Notes under the pieces: model-generated | The model's database searches: none | The model's input: only the letters and a program-made list of their open reading frames with translations | What the model was told of the DNA's origin: nothing | Program-made: the position numbers and the translations under genes | NCBI RefSeq assembly: GCF_004010195.1 | Contig: NC_057718.1 | Span: 98,551,184 to 98,612,421 of the forward strand | DNA from: Chiloscyllium plagiosum | Taxonomy: Eukaryota | Length of the DNA stretch: 61,238 nucleotides | Reading direction: 5' to 3' | Shown here: positions 25,393 through 37,675 of the stretch, in pieces | Numbering within the stretch: position 1 is the first letter of the stretch | Layout: each line of letters opens with the position of its first letter

Positions 25393-25783
25393 CCAGGGGA
25401 CAAAACGTTTGCAACAAAAACTTCCAGCTCGGCGAACAGAACCACAGCAATAACTGTACATAAAAACAAAAATCTCAAAAATGATGCGCAACTCTAACAG
25501 TGATATAAGTTAACTATACATTCACCAGCATTTTGTGTTCCTAAATGGAAAACAGATCAAACATGAATTCAATTGACTAAACCAGAATCATAATTTCCAT
25601 TTGTTTCAGCACTGCTAATTAAAAGATGGCAAAATAATTAGGCCAAATATCAAACACAGGTTATTTAAATTAATTCTGGAGAAAACTAAATTATAGAATA
25701 GTTTTTTGAATCAGTTACAAATCAAAATGAATTAATTATTGCTTCTGAAGACACTTTTGAAGCACACTGAGCCATGACCTTAC

Positions 25784-26004
25784 AAGTAATACCATATATG
25801 GATTGAAGTACTGAGAGCTCAGCCTCCCATCTGATAAAGGCCATCTGTAAACTTGTTTCAGGTAGTCGTCCAACACTTCCATGTTAAATGAACTCGATTT
25901 TCCTCATTCCTTATAATTAGCATACATCTTATTTCAATTTACATGATGTTTCAAAATAGCTCATATCTTTCCATGTAAATATTTAATTGGCAACATGGTG
26001 GTTT
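25784..26004 (-). other. Candidate second exon (5'UTR or first coding) of the host gene
   Basis: Strong acceptor ttgttttttttcccctttttcaacag|AAACCACCATG; candidate donor CTT|GTAAGG at 25784; non-repetitive; about 11 AUGs. Confidence 0.6.
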
Positions 26005-26780
26005 CTGTTGAAAAAGGGGAAAAAAAACAAGTTTGTGATTTTGGTGGTGGGAAAGCCGCTCAGTTGTGTGTAATAGCACTTCTGGCCATAAAAAAAACCA
26101 ATAGTTCAAAACTTAGAGAAAACAACATTTAAAATCCTAATTTAAACTTCTGTCTAATACTATCTAATCATTTTGCCATTAGCAGTGATCCTGCAATAGT
26201 AGCTTATCCAGGACCCTAAAAGCATTTGCAGAGAGAACAATACAAGATTCTGAATAGACCACGCTTCACCTCAAGCCTGCTGGGTCATTCAGTGAGATTA
26301 TGACTCATCTGCATCTTAACTACAATTACCAGAATCTCGTTATGCTTACTTTAAAAATAAAATCACTCAACTATGAAAATTGGGGACTCGTTTGGCATAG
26401 TGGTAATGTCCCTATCTCTGGGCTGGAATACCTGTGTTTCGGTTCCATCTGCTCCAGGGGTAAGCCAAAACACTGCAGTATGATGAAAATTTCAATTGAC
26501 ACAGCGTCATGTGGATAAAAAAAAATCCAGATCTGAACAATCCTTCTGTGAAAAAAAAATTCTAGTTCTTAAAACTACATTGTGTACATTGGCAGATAAA
26601 TCTGTTACCAACAACACAACATGAAGATATGATCTGATGGTTAATTTCAAGGCATTTGAGATTAAACAAATTATAAGCAATAACAATTCACATTAATATT
26701 GCATTTTCAAAATAAGTGCTTCATTGGAATACTCAAAAAACCAACACCAAGTGTCCAGATGTTCTGGCTGTCTTTATCTC

Positions 26781-26908
26781 AACCACCTGATGAAGGAGTG
26801 GCGCTCCAAAAGCTAGTGCTTCCAATTAAACCTGTAGGACTATAACCTGGTGTTGTGAGATTTTTAACTTTGTACACCCCAGTCCAACACCAGCATCTCC
26901 AAATCATG
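26781..26908 (+). mobile_element. Penelope-like terminal fragment, degenerate hammerhead
   Basis: CAC CTGATGA A GGAGT GGC GCTCC AAAA GC TA GTG plus the full tail to catctccaaatcat. Confidence 0.8.
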
Positions 26909-27281
26909 ACCCTTCAGTGGGAGGGAGTCCTACCTGAGAAAACTGAAGGCTAATCCGTTTGGCCTGCAGATCTTGGACAAAGATACCATAATAATGGACA
27001 TTATCTCAAGGAGAGCTGGCAGTCCAAGCAAAGACAGCCAGAACATCTGGATGCAGACAAGTCCAGGGTCATGCAAAGGGAGGGATTATGGAACAAAGGA
27101 GGTAGATTTTGCAGGCCACGCAAGGGCCAAAGATAGGAGAAATATCTGGTGGAGGGGCACCCCAAAGCATACAGAGTATCCAACAATTAATATTCCAGCA
27201 CTTCCTCTCTGCCTTTTCCATAAGTTGATATCAAAGTAACCTTTTCACTTCTGCTCAATTCCCTTGACAACTACATTATGG

Positions 27282-27378
27282 AGAAAGTGAGGTCTGCAGA
27301 GGGCCTGTGCCCGAAACGTCGAATCTCCTGTTCCCTGGATGCTGCCTGACCTGCTGTGCTGTTCCAGCAATAAAGTTT
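27282..27378 (+). mobile_element. ~97-bp Penelope remnant with 14-bp TSD
   Basis: Exact TSD caactacattatgg at 27268-27281 and 27379-27392; inverted tail fused to hammerhead stem II GGGC CTGT GCCC GAAA CG TC. Confidence 0.85.
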
Positions 27379-28004
27379 CAACTACATTATGGCACGGGCA
27401 GCATAATATTTGCACCAATTAGTTTGGTAACAACTGAACTGCCAATTATTTAAAATGATGAGCTGGCTACTGATTTCAGTACCCACTCACCTGCCATATT
27501 ACAGGACTGGATAGTGGATTGGCTTTTTATGTGCTTCCCATCAATACCATATTATATCAGGCCATCAGAAGGGATCATAAAATCTAGATCATTTGGGTTG
27601 ATAAAATTGCTTTCATTGAGCTTTTAGTTAAGAAGCATCAAAAAAGAGAAGGGGGGGGGGGGGGGATGAGCAGGTTTAGTAGGTAAATTCTATAGAAGAG
27701 AACCTTAGGCAACTGAAGGATGGTGAGTAGAGAAAACCAAGTACAACCCCAGAATTGGATGAGTACAAATATCCTGAAGAGTGATCAGGCAGGTGGAGAT
27801 TACAAACATAAGAAAGGGGGAGACCACCGATAGATTTGCAAAAAGGGATGAGTGTTTTAAAACTGTTTTGTCACTGCATCAAGGTGATTGGGGCAATTAC
27901 CTGGGTATAAGTTAGGACAGAGGAAACAGAGTTGTCATTATCTCAAGTTCATGGAGAAATGGTAGACTGGAATTATTGAGACTGGACATACCAAAGGTAT
28001 AGTC

Positions 28005-30356
28005 TAGATTAGAGTCGTGCTGGAAAAGCACAGGTCAGGCAGCATCCGAGGAGCAGGAAGTTCGACATTTCAGGCAAAAGTCCTTCATCAGGAATAGAGA
28101 CAGAGTGCCTGAAGGGTGGAGAGATAAATGAGAGGGGGGTTGGGGTGGGGAGAAAGTAGCGTAGAGTACAATAGGTGAATGGGGGTGGGGATGAAGGTGA
28201 TAGGTCAGACAGGAGGGCAGAATGGATAGGCAGAAAGGAAGATAGGCAGGTAGACAGGTCATGGGGACGGTGCTGAGCTGGAAGGTTGGAGCTAGGGTGA
28301 GGTGGGGGAAGGGGAAATGAGGAAACTGGTGAAATCCACATTGATGCCATGCGGTTGAAGTGTTCTGAGGCGGAAGATGAGGCGTTCTTCCTCCAGGCAT
28401 CAGGTGGTGAGGGAGCGGCGGTGAAGGCGGCCCAGGACCTGCATGCCCTCGGCAAAGTGAGAGGGGGAGTTGAAATGTTGGGCCACAGGGCAGTGGGGTT
28501 GATTGGTGCGGGTGTCCCGGAGATGTTCCCTAAAGCGCTCTGCTAGGAGGTGTCCAGTCTCCCCAATGTTGAGGAGACCGTGTTGGGAGCAACGGATACA
28601 ATAAATTATATTGGTGGATGTGGAAGACTCCTTTGGGGCTTTGGATGGAGGTGAGGGAGGTGTGGATGCAGGTTTTGCAATTCCTGCGGTGGCAGGGGAG
28701 GGTGTCAGGAAGGGAGGGTGGGTTGTTGGCGGGTGTGGACCTGACCAGATAGTCACAGAGGGAACGGTCTCTGCAGAAAGCGGAAACGGTTGGGGAGGGA
28801 AATATATCTCTGGTGGTGGGGGAAATGTCGTCGAATTATGTGGTTTATGCGAAGGTTGGTAGGGTGAAAGGTGAGCACCAGGGGGGTTCTGTCCTTGTTA
28901 CGGTTGGAGGGGTGGGGATGAGGACGAGATGCGTTGGAGGGCATCTTTAACCACATGGGAATGGAAATTGCAGTCTCTAAAGAAAGAGGCCATCTGGTGT
29001 GTTCTGTGCTGGAACTGGTCCTCCTGGGAGCAGGTACGGTGGAGATGGAGAAATTGGGAATACGGGATGGTACTTTTGCAGGAGGTAGCTGTGGGAATCA
29101 GTGGGTTTATAAAAAATATCAGTGTCAAGTCGGTCATCATTCATGGAGATGGAGGGGTCCGGGAAGGGGGAGGAAGGTGTCAGAGTTTGTCCAGGTGAAT
29201 TTAAGGTCAGGATGGAATGTGTTGGTGAAGTTCATGAATTGCTTAACCTCCTCGCAGGAGCACAAGGTGGCACCAATGCAATCATCAATGTAGCAGAGGA
29301 AGAGGTGGGGAGTGGAGTGGTGTCGGTGTAACTACGGAAGATGGACTGTTCTACGTAACCAAAGAGACAGGCATAGCTGGGGCCCATACGGGTGCCCATG
29401 GCTATCCCTTTGGTCTGGAGGAAGTGGGAGGACTCGAAGGAGAAATGGTTAAGGGTGAGGACCAGTTCAGCCAAACGAATGAGTGTGTCGGTGGAAGGGT
29501 ACTGTTGGGGACGTCGGGAAAGGAAGAAACGGAGGGTTTGGATGCCCTGGTCATGGCGGATGGAAGTATAGAGGGACTGGATATCCATGGTGAAGATGAG
29601 GCATTGGGGGCCGGGGAAACTGAAGTCTTGGAGGAGGTGGAGGGCGTGGGTGGTGTCTTGAATGTATGTGGGGAGTTCCTGGACTAGGAGGGATAGGAAA
29701 GTGTCGAGGTAGGTAGAGATGAGTTCGGTGGGGCAGGAGCAAGCTGAGACAATGGGTCAGCCAGGGTGGTCAGGCTTGTGGATCTTGGGAAGGAGGTAGA
29801 ATCGGGCGGTGCGGGGTTCCCAGACTATAAGGTTGGAAGCTGTGGGTGGGAGATCTTCTGAGGTGATGAGGTTCTGTATGGTCTGGGAGATGACGGTTTG
29901 GTGATGGGGGTTGGGGTCATGGTCAAGGGGGCGGTAGGAGGAAGTGTCTTCGAGTTGGCGTCTGGCTTCAGCGGTGTAGAGGTCAGTGCACCAAACTACC
30001 ACTGCAGCCCTTTATCCGCTGGCTTGATGGTGAGGTTGGGATTGGAGCAGAGGGAGTGGAGGGCTGTGCGTTGAGGGCGAGAGGTTGGAGTGGGGTAGAC
30101 AGGTTGAAGCGGTTAATGTCTTGGCGGCAGTTGGAAATGAAAAGATAGAGGGCAGGTAATAGGCTAGCACGGGGTGTCCAGGTGGATGGAGTGTGCTGGA
30201 GGCGGGCAAAGCGGTCCTCGGAAGGTGGGCGGGAGTCCCGATTGTAAAAGTAAGGTTGGAGGCGGCGGAAGAAGTGTTCAACATCAGGGTGTGTATTAAA
30301 TTCATTGATGCGTGGGTGGAGGGGGATAAAAGTGAGGCCTTTGCTGAGGACCAAAG
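28005..30356 (-). mobile_element. Penelope-like retroelement, 2.3 kb, frameshifted RT + GIY-YIG + terminal repeat
   Basis: VLSKGLTFIP, FYLLPKIHK, MDIQSLYTSI, QTKGIAMGTRMGPSYACLF, NIIYCIRCSQHGLLNIGETG; decayed hammerhead at 28061-28094. Confidence 0.95.
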
Positions 30357-30994
30357 GCATAGATGGGGGCTTCAATGAAAAATAAAGGGAATCTCTGGTC
30401 CAGATCCAGGTCCATACTCTCCCAATTGAACTCAATTCTTTGGAGTACATACATCGCATCAGGAGGCATTCTAAATTGGCCTTCAAAAATGCTGCGTTGA
30501 TGAGCTGAAATGTTAGTTTGCCTTTTGGAAGGTCATAACATGTGCATTCCTGCCATTGAGAGTATTTGTTGTGCACAGAAGCTTGCGTACATGTAGAAAT
30601 TCATTCAAATAAGAAATGTCAGATTTTTGGTACAAACAAGACTATTTAATGAAGATTAAGTGTGAAACCCAGTTTGATGCTGCGGAGAGTTATAATCTTT
30701 TATTTATTAAGAGTTTAGGATAACTTTGTTAAAGCTTCAGAAAAGGATCTGCCTTCAGAGCTTTAGGAAATAATTTTAGATATTTTCTAATTGACCTGTT
30801 CAGAGATGCTATTACATGCCCCGGGAGCAAGTGGGACTTAACCCAGGACTCCCATCCAAATTTGTCAAATGGGAAACCTAAGGATCAGGTGGGACACTAA
30901 TTTTACACACCAAGTTACTCAGACTTCAATGGAAGGTACAATCAGATGGGATGGAAACATCAATATTAAATGTCCATAATGTTAGCTACTCTAT

Positions 30995-31575
30995 TACTGT
31001 TGCAGGCAGTGCATTCCACATCCCTACTACTGAGTAAAGCAACCAACTCTGACATCTGTCCTATATCTATCATTCCTCAACTTAAAGCTATGTCCCCTCG
31101 TGCTCGCCATCACCAGAGGAAAGAGGCTGTCACTGTCCATCCTATCTAACTCTGATTATCTTGTATGTCTCATTAAGTCACCACTCAACCTTCTTCTCTC
31201 TAATGAAAAGAACCTCAAGTCCCTCATAAGACCTTCCTCCATGCCAGGCAACATCCTGGCAAATTTCCTCTGAATCCTTTCCAAAGCTTCCACATCCTTC
31301 CTATAATGCGGTGACCAGAACTGTATGCAATACTCCAAGTGCAGCCACACCAGAGTTTTGTACAACTGCAGTATGACCTCGTGGCTCAGAAACTCAATCC
31401 CGCTACCAATAAAAGCTAACACACTTTATGCCCTCTTAACAACTCTATAAACCTGGGTGGCAACTTTCAGGGATCTATGTACATGGACAGCGAGATCTCT
31501 CTGCTCATCTACATTACCAAGAATCTTGCCATTAGCCCAGTACTCTTTATTCCTGTTGCTCCTTCCAAATGGACA
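30995..31575 (-). mobile_element. CR1 3' fragment
   Basis: LYKTLVWLHLEYCIQFWSPHYRKDVEALE; a related small fragment lies at 32590-32720. Confidence 0.85.
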
Positions 31576-33254
31576 TCTCAGAGGTCTGTAGGACTGGACA
31601 AGATTAGAGATCCTTCTGATGGAAACAGACATACTATTTTGTTCTCTCCATTCAAGCTTATTTACATGAGAAATGACAGTTGCTCAAGTCAGCATCCCTG
31701 ATTGCTAGAAGTTAAAGCTGCTATAATTAAGTGCAACAACTGGCACTTATACACACCAGGAAGCATTATTGACATTGCATAGATGGCTAACTGCAATGAC
31801 AAGATTATGGATAAGTAGCAATGCAGTTTGATTTATTTATTTTTCCATATCTGCAGGAGATACAGATTGCTAGCCAGCAGCTGGGTTTCCTACTCTTGCC
31901 AGTTTATTACAACATGGACTTCAGATTTAAAATTAGGACATAGATCAGCTGTTGAAACATATACTGTACGGTTAAAGCCAGCAAATTCAGGGAATTCAGA
32001 ACTACGACATGAGTTAAAAATATCGAAAGCTTGCTGGCCCATTTGTATTGGCTAATGTGTTAACCTCAACTTTCCTGTTATTTTCTGAAATATTTTAGTT
32101 TTGCAGATTGTTGCAAATAACTAGTTCATGATTTATATTAATATTGCAGAGATAATTTTCAGTGCTGAAAAGATTAAAGTTAGGATTAGTTGTAAGGTTA
32201 TAAAGGTATTTAATATACAGGCCTTTCAAGATTGCCAAAACACCCGAAGAAATGTGGTTCAAAATGTGGATTGTATGTGTAAAAAGGTCAGAATAGAAGA
32301 GATAGAGCTATAAAACAGATGAGATTATTTACCAAAAGAACTGGAGGCACATCTGCAATCACTACTGTAATGGCATTGCACAGAGACGTTTGTATTTTGG
32401 GAGGTAGAACGCATTTACTTCGCCAGGTCAAAAAAAAATTGTAAATTAAGGATAATTATCCTAACAGTCAATGAGGACATTCCAGATCAGGCTATATGAG
32501 CGCAGAATTAGCTTTTCTGCTTTCAGATTATATGGGCTTTTGTTGAGAGTTTGTTGTAGCTTGTGCTTGATTTGTACATTTTGCAACTCACTATCATTCC
32601 TCAACTTAAAGCTATGTCCCCTCGTGCTAGCCATCACCAGAGGAAAGAGGCTCTCAATGTCCACCCTATCTAACCCTCTGATTATCTTGTATGTCTCATT
32701 AAGTCACCACTCAACCAAAGAAAATGGCAGTAATGCCAAGTCCTGTAAGTAGAATTTAAAAAAAATATTTCATTGCTCACCATTTTGAACTTGGACAAGG
32801 CTTAATCTCGGTTTAAACTCCGAGGGTACAGAAGATGAGAGAGTGTTTAAAATTAGTGGAAGAATCAACAATGATCCTCTACAGAGAATTTGTCCTGAAG
32901 AAAGCAACGGGTTAGAAGTATTGAAAAATAAACAGATCAAAGAACTAAAGCACCCGCAGTCAAGAGATGATAAATTGAAGTTTTATCTTTAAGATGTATC
33001 CTAACTACTACTACCTTGCCACTGCATACTTCCAGTAAGGTATGATGGAAAACATTTCAAGTTGATGGGTGTAAGAAAAAGTTTCCCTAATGACTATGAG
33101 ATGCCTATCTCTTGCAGAGTCGTAACTCCATAAAATAATAAAATAGAATTTTTATTGGCAGAGATTTTAAGATAGTTCATATCATTTTTATTACATCAAG
33201 TGTAAAAGTGTACACAGCACTAAGGAAACCAAAGGCACACCAGGAGATACAAAA

Positions 33255-35798
33255 GAAGTGTAGGAAAGGCAAAGTTACAGTGATTATGAGGGATTTCAAT
33301 ATGCAGGTGGACTGGAGAAAATCAGATAGGTAGTGATTCGCAAGAAAAGGAATTTGTGGAATATCTACAAGATGGCTTTTTGGAGCAGTTTGTGGAGGAG
33401 CTCACTAGGGAACAGGCAATACTAAATTTAGTGTTCTGCAATGAGGGAGATCTGATGAGGGAGCTAAGGTGAAGGAACCCTTAGGAGACAGTGATCATAT
33501 TATGATTGAATTTACTCTGCAATTTGAGAGGGAGAACATAGAATCAGAGGTAGCAGTATTACAGCTGAATAATGGCATGAGTGAGGAGCTGGGTAGAATT
33601 GACTGGGAGAGGAGCCTAGCAGGAAAGAGAGCAGAACAGCAATGGCAAGAGTTTCTGGGAGTAATTCAGGAGACAGAAAAGATTCATCCAGGGGAAAAAG
33701 ATGCATAGTACAGGGATACAGGGAGAATGAGGCAACCATGGTTGACGAGAGAAGTCAGAGACAGCATAAAAGCAAAATAGAAAGCATATAACGTGATGAA
33801 GGACAGTGGGAACCCAGAGGATTAGAAAGCTTACAAACAGAGGGCAACAAAAAAGAAATAAGGAGGAAGATGATTAAATATAGGGGAAAATTGCCAGTAA
33901 TGTAAAGGAAGACTGTAGCAGTTTCTTTAGATATATAAAGGGCAAAAGAGAGGCAGAAGTGGACACTGGACTGGAAAATGATGGAGAGATAATGGTGGGG
34001 AATAAGGAAATGGCTGAAGAACTGAATATTTATTTCACTTCAGTCTTCACGGTGGAAGACACAAGTAATATCTCAAAAATTCAAGAGAGTGAGGGAGCCA
34101 AGCTGAGTATGGCTGCCATCACCAAGGAGAAGGTGCTAGGATAACTAAATGGCCTGAAGGTGGATAAATCACCTGGACCAGATGGACTATACCCCAGAGT
34201 TCTAAGGGAGACAGCTGTAGAGATAGTGGAGGAGTTGGTAGTGAGCTTTCAAGAATTACTAGAGTCAGGGAGGTTCCGAGGACTGGAAAATTACAAATGT
34301 GACACTCCTGCTTAAAAAAGGGAGTAAGGCAAAAAAAAAAAGGAAAATTACAGACTGATTAGCCTAACCTTAGTTGTGGGTAAGATCCTAGAATCCATTG
34401 TGAAAGATTAGATTTCTGAATACTTGGAAGTGTATGGTAAAATAGGGCAAAGTCAGCATGGTTTCACCAAGGGGAGGTCATGCCTGATAAATCTGCTAGG
34501 ATTCTTCGAGGAAGTAACGAACATGTTGGACCAAGGAGAACCAATGGATGTTATCTATCTGGACTTCGAGAAGGCCTTTCATAAGGTGGCGCACAGGAGG
34601 CTGCTGAGTAAGATAAGGGCCATTCATGGTAGAGGCAAGGTGTCTGGCAGAAAGCAGGGAGTGGAGATAAAACGGTCTTTCTCAGGATAGCAGCTGGTGA
34701 GAAGTGGTGTTCTGCAAGGCTCAGTGTTGAGACCACAACTTTTCACTTTATACATTAATGATCTATATGAAGGAATTGAGGGCATTCTGACTAAGTTTGC
34801 AGATGATCCAAAAGATAGAAAGTGGGGCAGCATTGAGGTGGTGGGGAGGCTGCAGAAGGATTTGGTCAGGTTAGGACAGTAGGCAAAGAAGTGGAAGATG
34901 GAGTACAAAATGGGAAAATGTGAGGACTTCGGTAGGAAGACTAAAGACATGAAACATTTTCTAAATGGGGAGAAAATTCAGAAATCTGAAGTGCAAAAAT
35001 ACTTGGGAGTTCTCGTCCAGAATTCTCTCAAAGCAAACTTGCAGGTTGAGTCAGTAGTTAGAAAGGCAAATGCAACAATGACATTTATTTTGAGGGGACT
35101 TGAATATAAAAGCAGGGGTGCACTTCTGAGGCTCTAGTCAGACCATATTTGGAGTATTGTGTGCAGTTTTGGGCCCCATATCTTAGGAAGGATGTATTGG
35201 TCCTGGAGTGGGTTCACAGGAGGTTCACGAGAATGGGCCCAGGAGAAAAAAGCTTAACATAAGTGGAACCTTTAAGGATGCTGGGTCTATACTCTGAGTT
35301 TAGAAGGAATGGGGGGGGGGCAAAATATCTAATAGAAACTTACACAATTTTGAATGGCTTGGACAGAGTGAATGTTGGGAAGATGTTTCCTTTGGTAGGA
35401 AAGACTCGGACACAAGAGTACAGCCTTAGAATAAAGGGAAGACCTTTCAGAACAGAGATAACGAGAAAGTTCTTCAGCCAGAGAGTATGAATCTATGGAA
35501 TTCACTGCCACAGAAGGTTGTGGAGGTCACGTCATTAAGTATTTTAATATGGAGATAGATAGGTTCTTGAGTATCAAGGGGATCAAGAGTTACTGGGAGA
35601 ATGGGGTTGAGAAACTTATCAGAGTCAAAAAATATGGCACTGCAAAAGCACAGCAGGTCAGGCAACATCCGAGGAGAGTCGACATTTTGGATAAGTCCTT
35701 CAACAGGAATGTGGGCGGGGAAGGGGGCTGATTGAATGGCACAGCAGACTCAATGGACTGAATGGTTTAATTTCTACTCCTGTCTCTTATGGTCTTAT
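33255..35798 (+). mobile_element. CR1 LINE ORF2 (APE end, RT, 3' tail), decayed; PLE fragment inserted at ~35636-35730
   Basis: [39 protein letters not shown]; tail tcttatggtcttat. Confidence 0.95.
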
Positions 35799-36259
35799 AT
35801 ATACGTATATAAAGATGTGTAATTATAGAGTCTACAATTTTATTAATTATTTGAGAATTAAAATTACATTTGACAAACGCATTACTCAAGATTCTAAAAA
35901 TGTGCAATCATTGTCAGACAGAGTCATCGAAATCCATTTGAAAGCATTAATGCAGTGGGAGAGAAATGCTTACACTGCAAAAGAAAGTGTCTATATAAGG
36001 GACATTTCATTATTTGTCAAATCATCTCCACTGGTAACATAAACAAATATATTTTTGATTTAAAAAAAAACTAACAACAGCTTTTACAAAACACAGTTGC
36101 CTTTTAAACCACAGAGCAACAAAGTAATAAAAACAGTTCAGAATGGTACTCAGGTCTCTGGAGAAATAGTTCAATATTCAAATAATAAAACAGGCACTTG
36201 ACCTTCCACAGAGTTTCTTTGCATGCTGTTAACTTGAGTCACTCCAAGCAAGATTCTGC

Positions 36260-36900
36260 CCTGACTAGTGCTGAAGCATCCCTCAAAGTCACAAATGATA
36301 TCCAACATGAATGCAATTGGTAAATTATCCCTCCTCGACCTGTATGCAGCCTTCAACATGGCTGCTCTCTTTCAGCAACACCATCTGAAAAAGATCAGAT
36401 TCCACATGTGCCCTGATGATATCCAGCTTTACCTCGCCCCACCTCTTTCTACTCCACATGTTTTATAAATTGTCAGACTGATTATCAACATCCAGTATTA
36501 GATGAGCACAATTTTCCTTCAATTAAATATTGGGAAATTTGAAGCCACGACAATCTGTTCCGCCGCAAAATTCATTCCCTCACCACAAAATTGAATCCTT
36601 TCCATAGTAGTTCTGAGACAGGCTTGAACTGTCTCAATCTTGATGTTATGGTCGACCCCTACAGTGAGACTGACTAGTTTTCTGTGCCATTAACAAACTG
36701 TTTCCTTTCATATCTGTAACATCACCAGACTCCATTGCGGTTTAGTTCACCTGCTGCTGAAAACCTCATCTGACGTCGTCATCATAACCTCTCGATTTGA
36801 CTGTTCCAACACTCTCCTGGCTGGCTTCCCATATTTTGCTCTTCATAAACTTAAGAATAATGAAATACATCATAACTAGCACCAAATTCTGTTCACCCAT
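36260..36900 (+). mobile_element. Old L2-like LINE RT fragment
   Basis: LSLLDLYAAFNM, FHMCPDDIQLYL (decayed LDLSAAFD and YADD motifs). Confidence 0.7.
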
Positions 36901-36904
36901 TGCA

Positions 36905-37675
36905 GCAGAAGTCATCCCAATGAAGAAGAAACATACTAAGGGGAGGATTAGGCAACCATGACTGATAAGGGAAGTCAGGGACAGAATAAAAGCAAAAGAG
37001 AAAGCATACAATGTGTTGAAGATTAATGTGAAGCTAGAGAATTTGGAAGCCTTTAAAAACTAGAGGACAATTTTAAAAAAGCTATAAGGGGAAAATGTTG
37101 AAATATGAGAGTAAGCTAGCAAGTAACATATGAGCAAATTGCAAGAGTTTGTTTAGATTCATAAAAGGTAAGAGAGAGGCAAGAGTGGTAAATGACACAG
37201 GAGTAGTAGTAATTGGAAGCAAAAAAATGTTGGAGAAACTGAATACATACTTTGCATCAGTCTTCATGATGTCAGTATACCAGAACAGGAAGAGTGTTGT
37301 GGCCATCACTGAAAAGGTGGTCCTGGGGAAGCTTAAAGATCTAAAGGTAGATAAATCACCCGGATCAGATGGACTATACCCCAAGGTGTTGAAAGTAATA
37401 GAGGAGGAGATTGGTATTGAACATTGGAGTGACGGAAAAGGTTGGAAAATTGTTAGCAGCAGCACCTTATCAAAGGCCTCTAGGAATCCAAATAGAGCAA
37501 TCCAAACTAGTTATCCTTTGTCTAACTTGTCCAAAGGATTTTAACACATGACCTCCCTTGACAAAGCCATGCTGACTCAGTCCTATTGTACAATGCATTT
37601 CCAAGTACTCCTCAATCACAGACTCTAAATCTTACCAACAACCAAGGTTAAACTAACCAGCCTATAACTTCCCAA
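36905..37675. mobile_element. CR1 fragment with internal strand switch (+ to ~37420, then -)
   Basis: Plus strand YFASVF..KVDKSPGSDG; from ~37440 the downstream RT region (QHGF, catgacctcccttgacaaagccatgctgact) is on minus. Confidence 0.7.

Larger units (their letters stand above)
24115..25449. mobile_element. Young Penelope-like element, inverted pair spanning an assembly gap
   Basis: 24151-24467 is the reverse complement of ~25135-25450; exact 12-bp TSD ataactgtacat at 24103-24114 and 25450-25461. Confidence 0.9.

Noticed and set aside
25784..25882. Faint resemblance of MEVLDDYLKQVYRWPLSDGRL to ELOVL N-termini
   Set aside because: Too few identities and no supporting downstream exons; no gene symbol assigned
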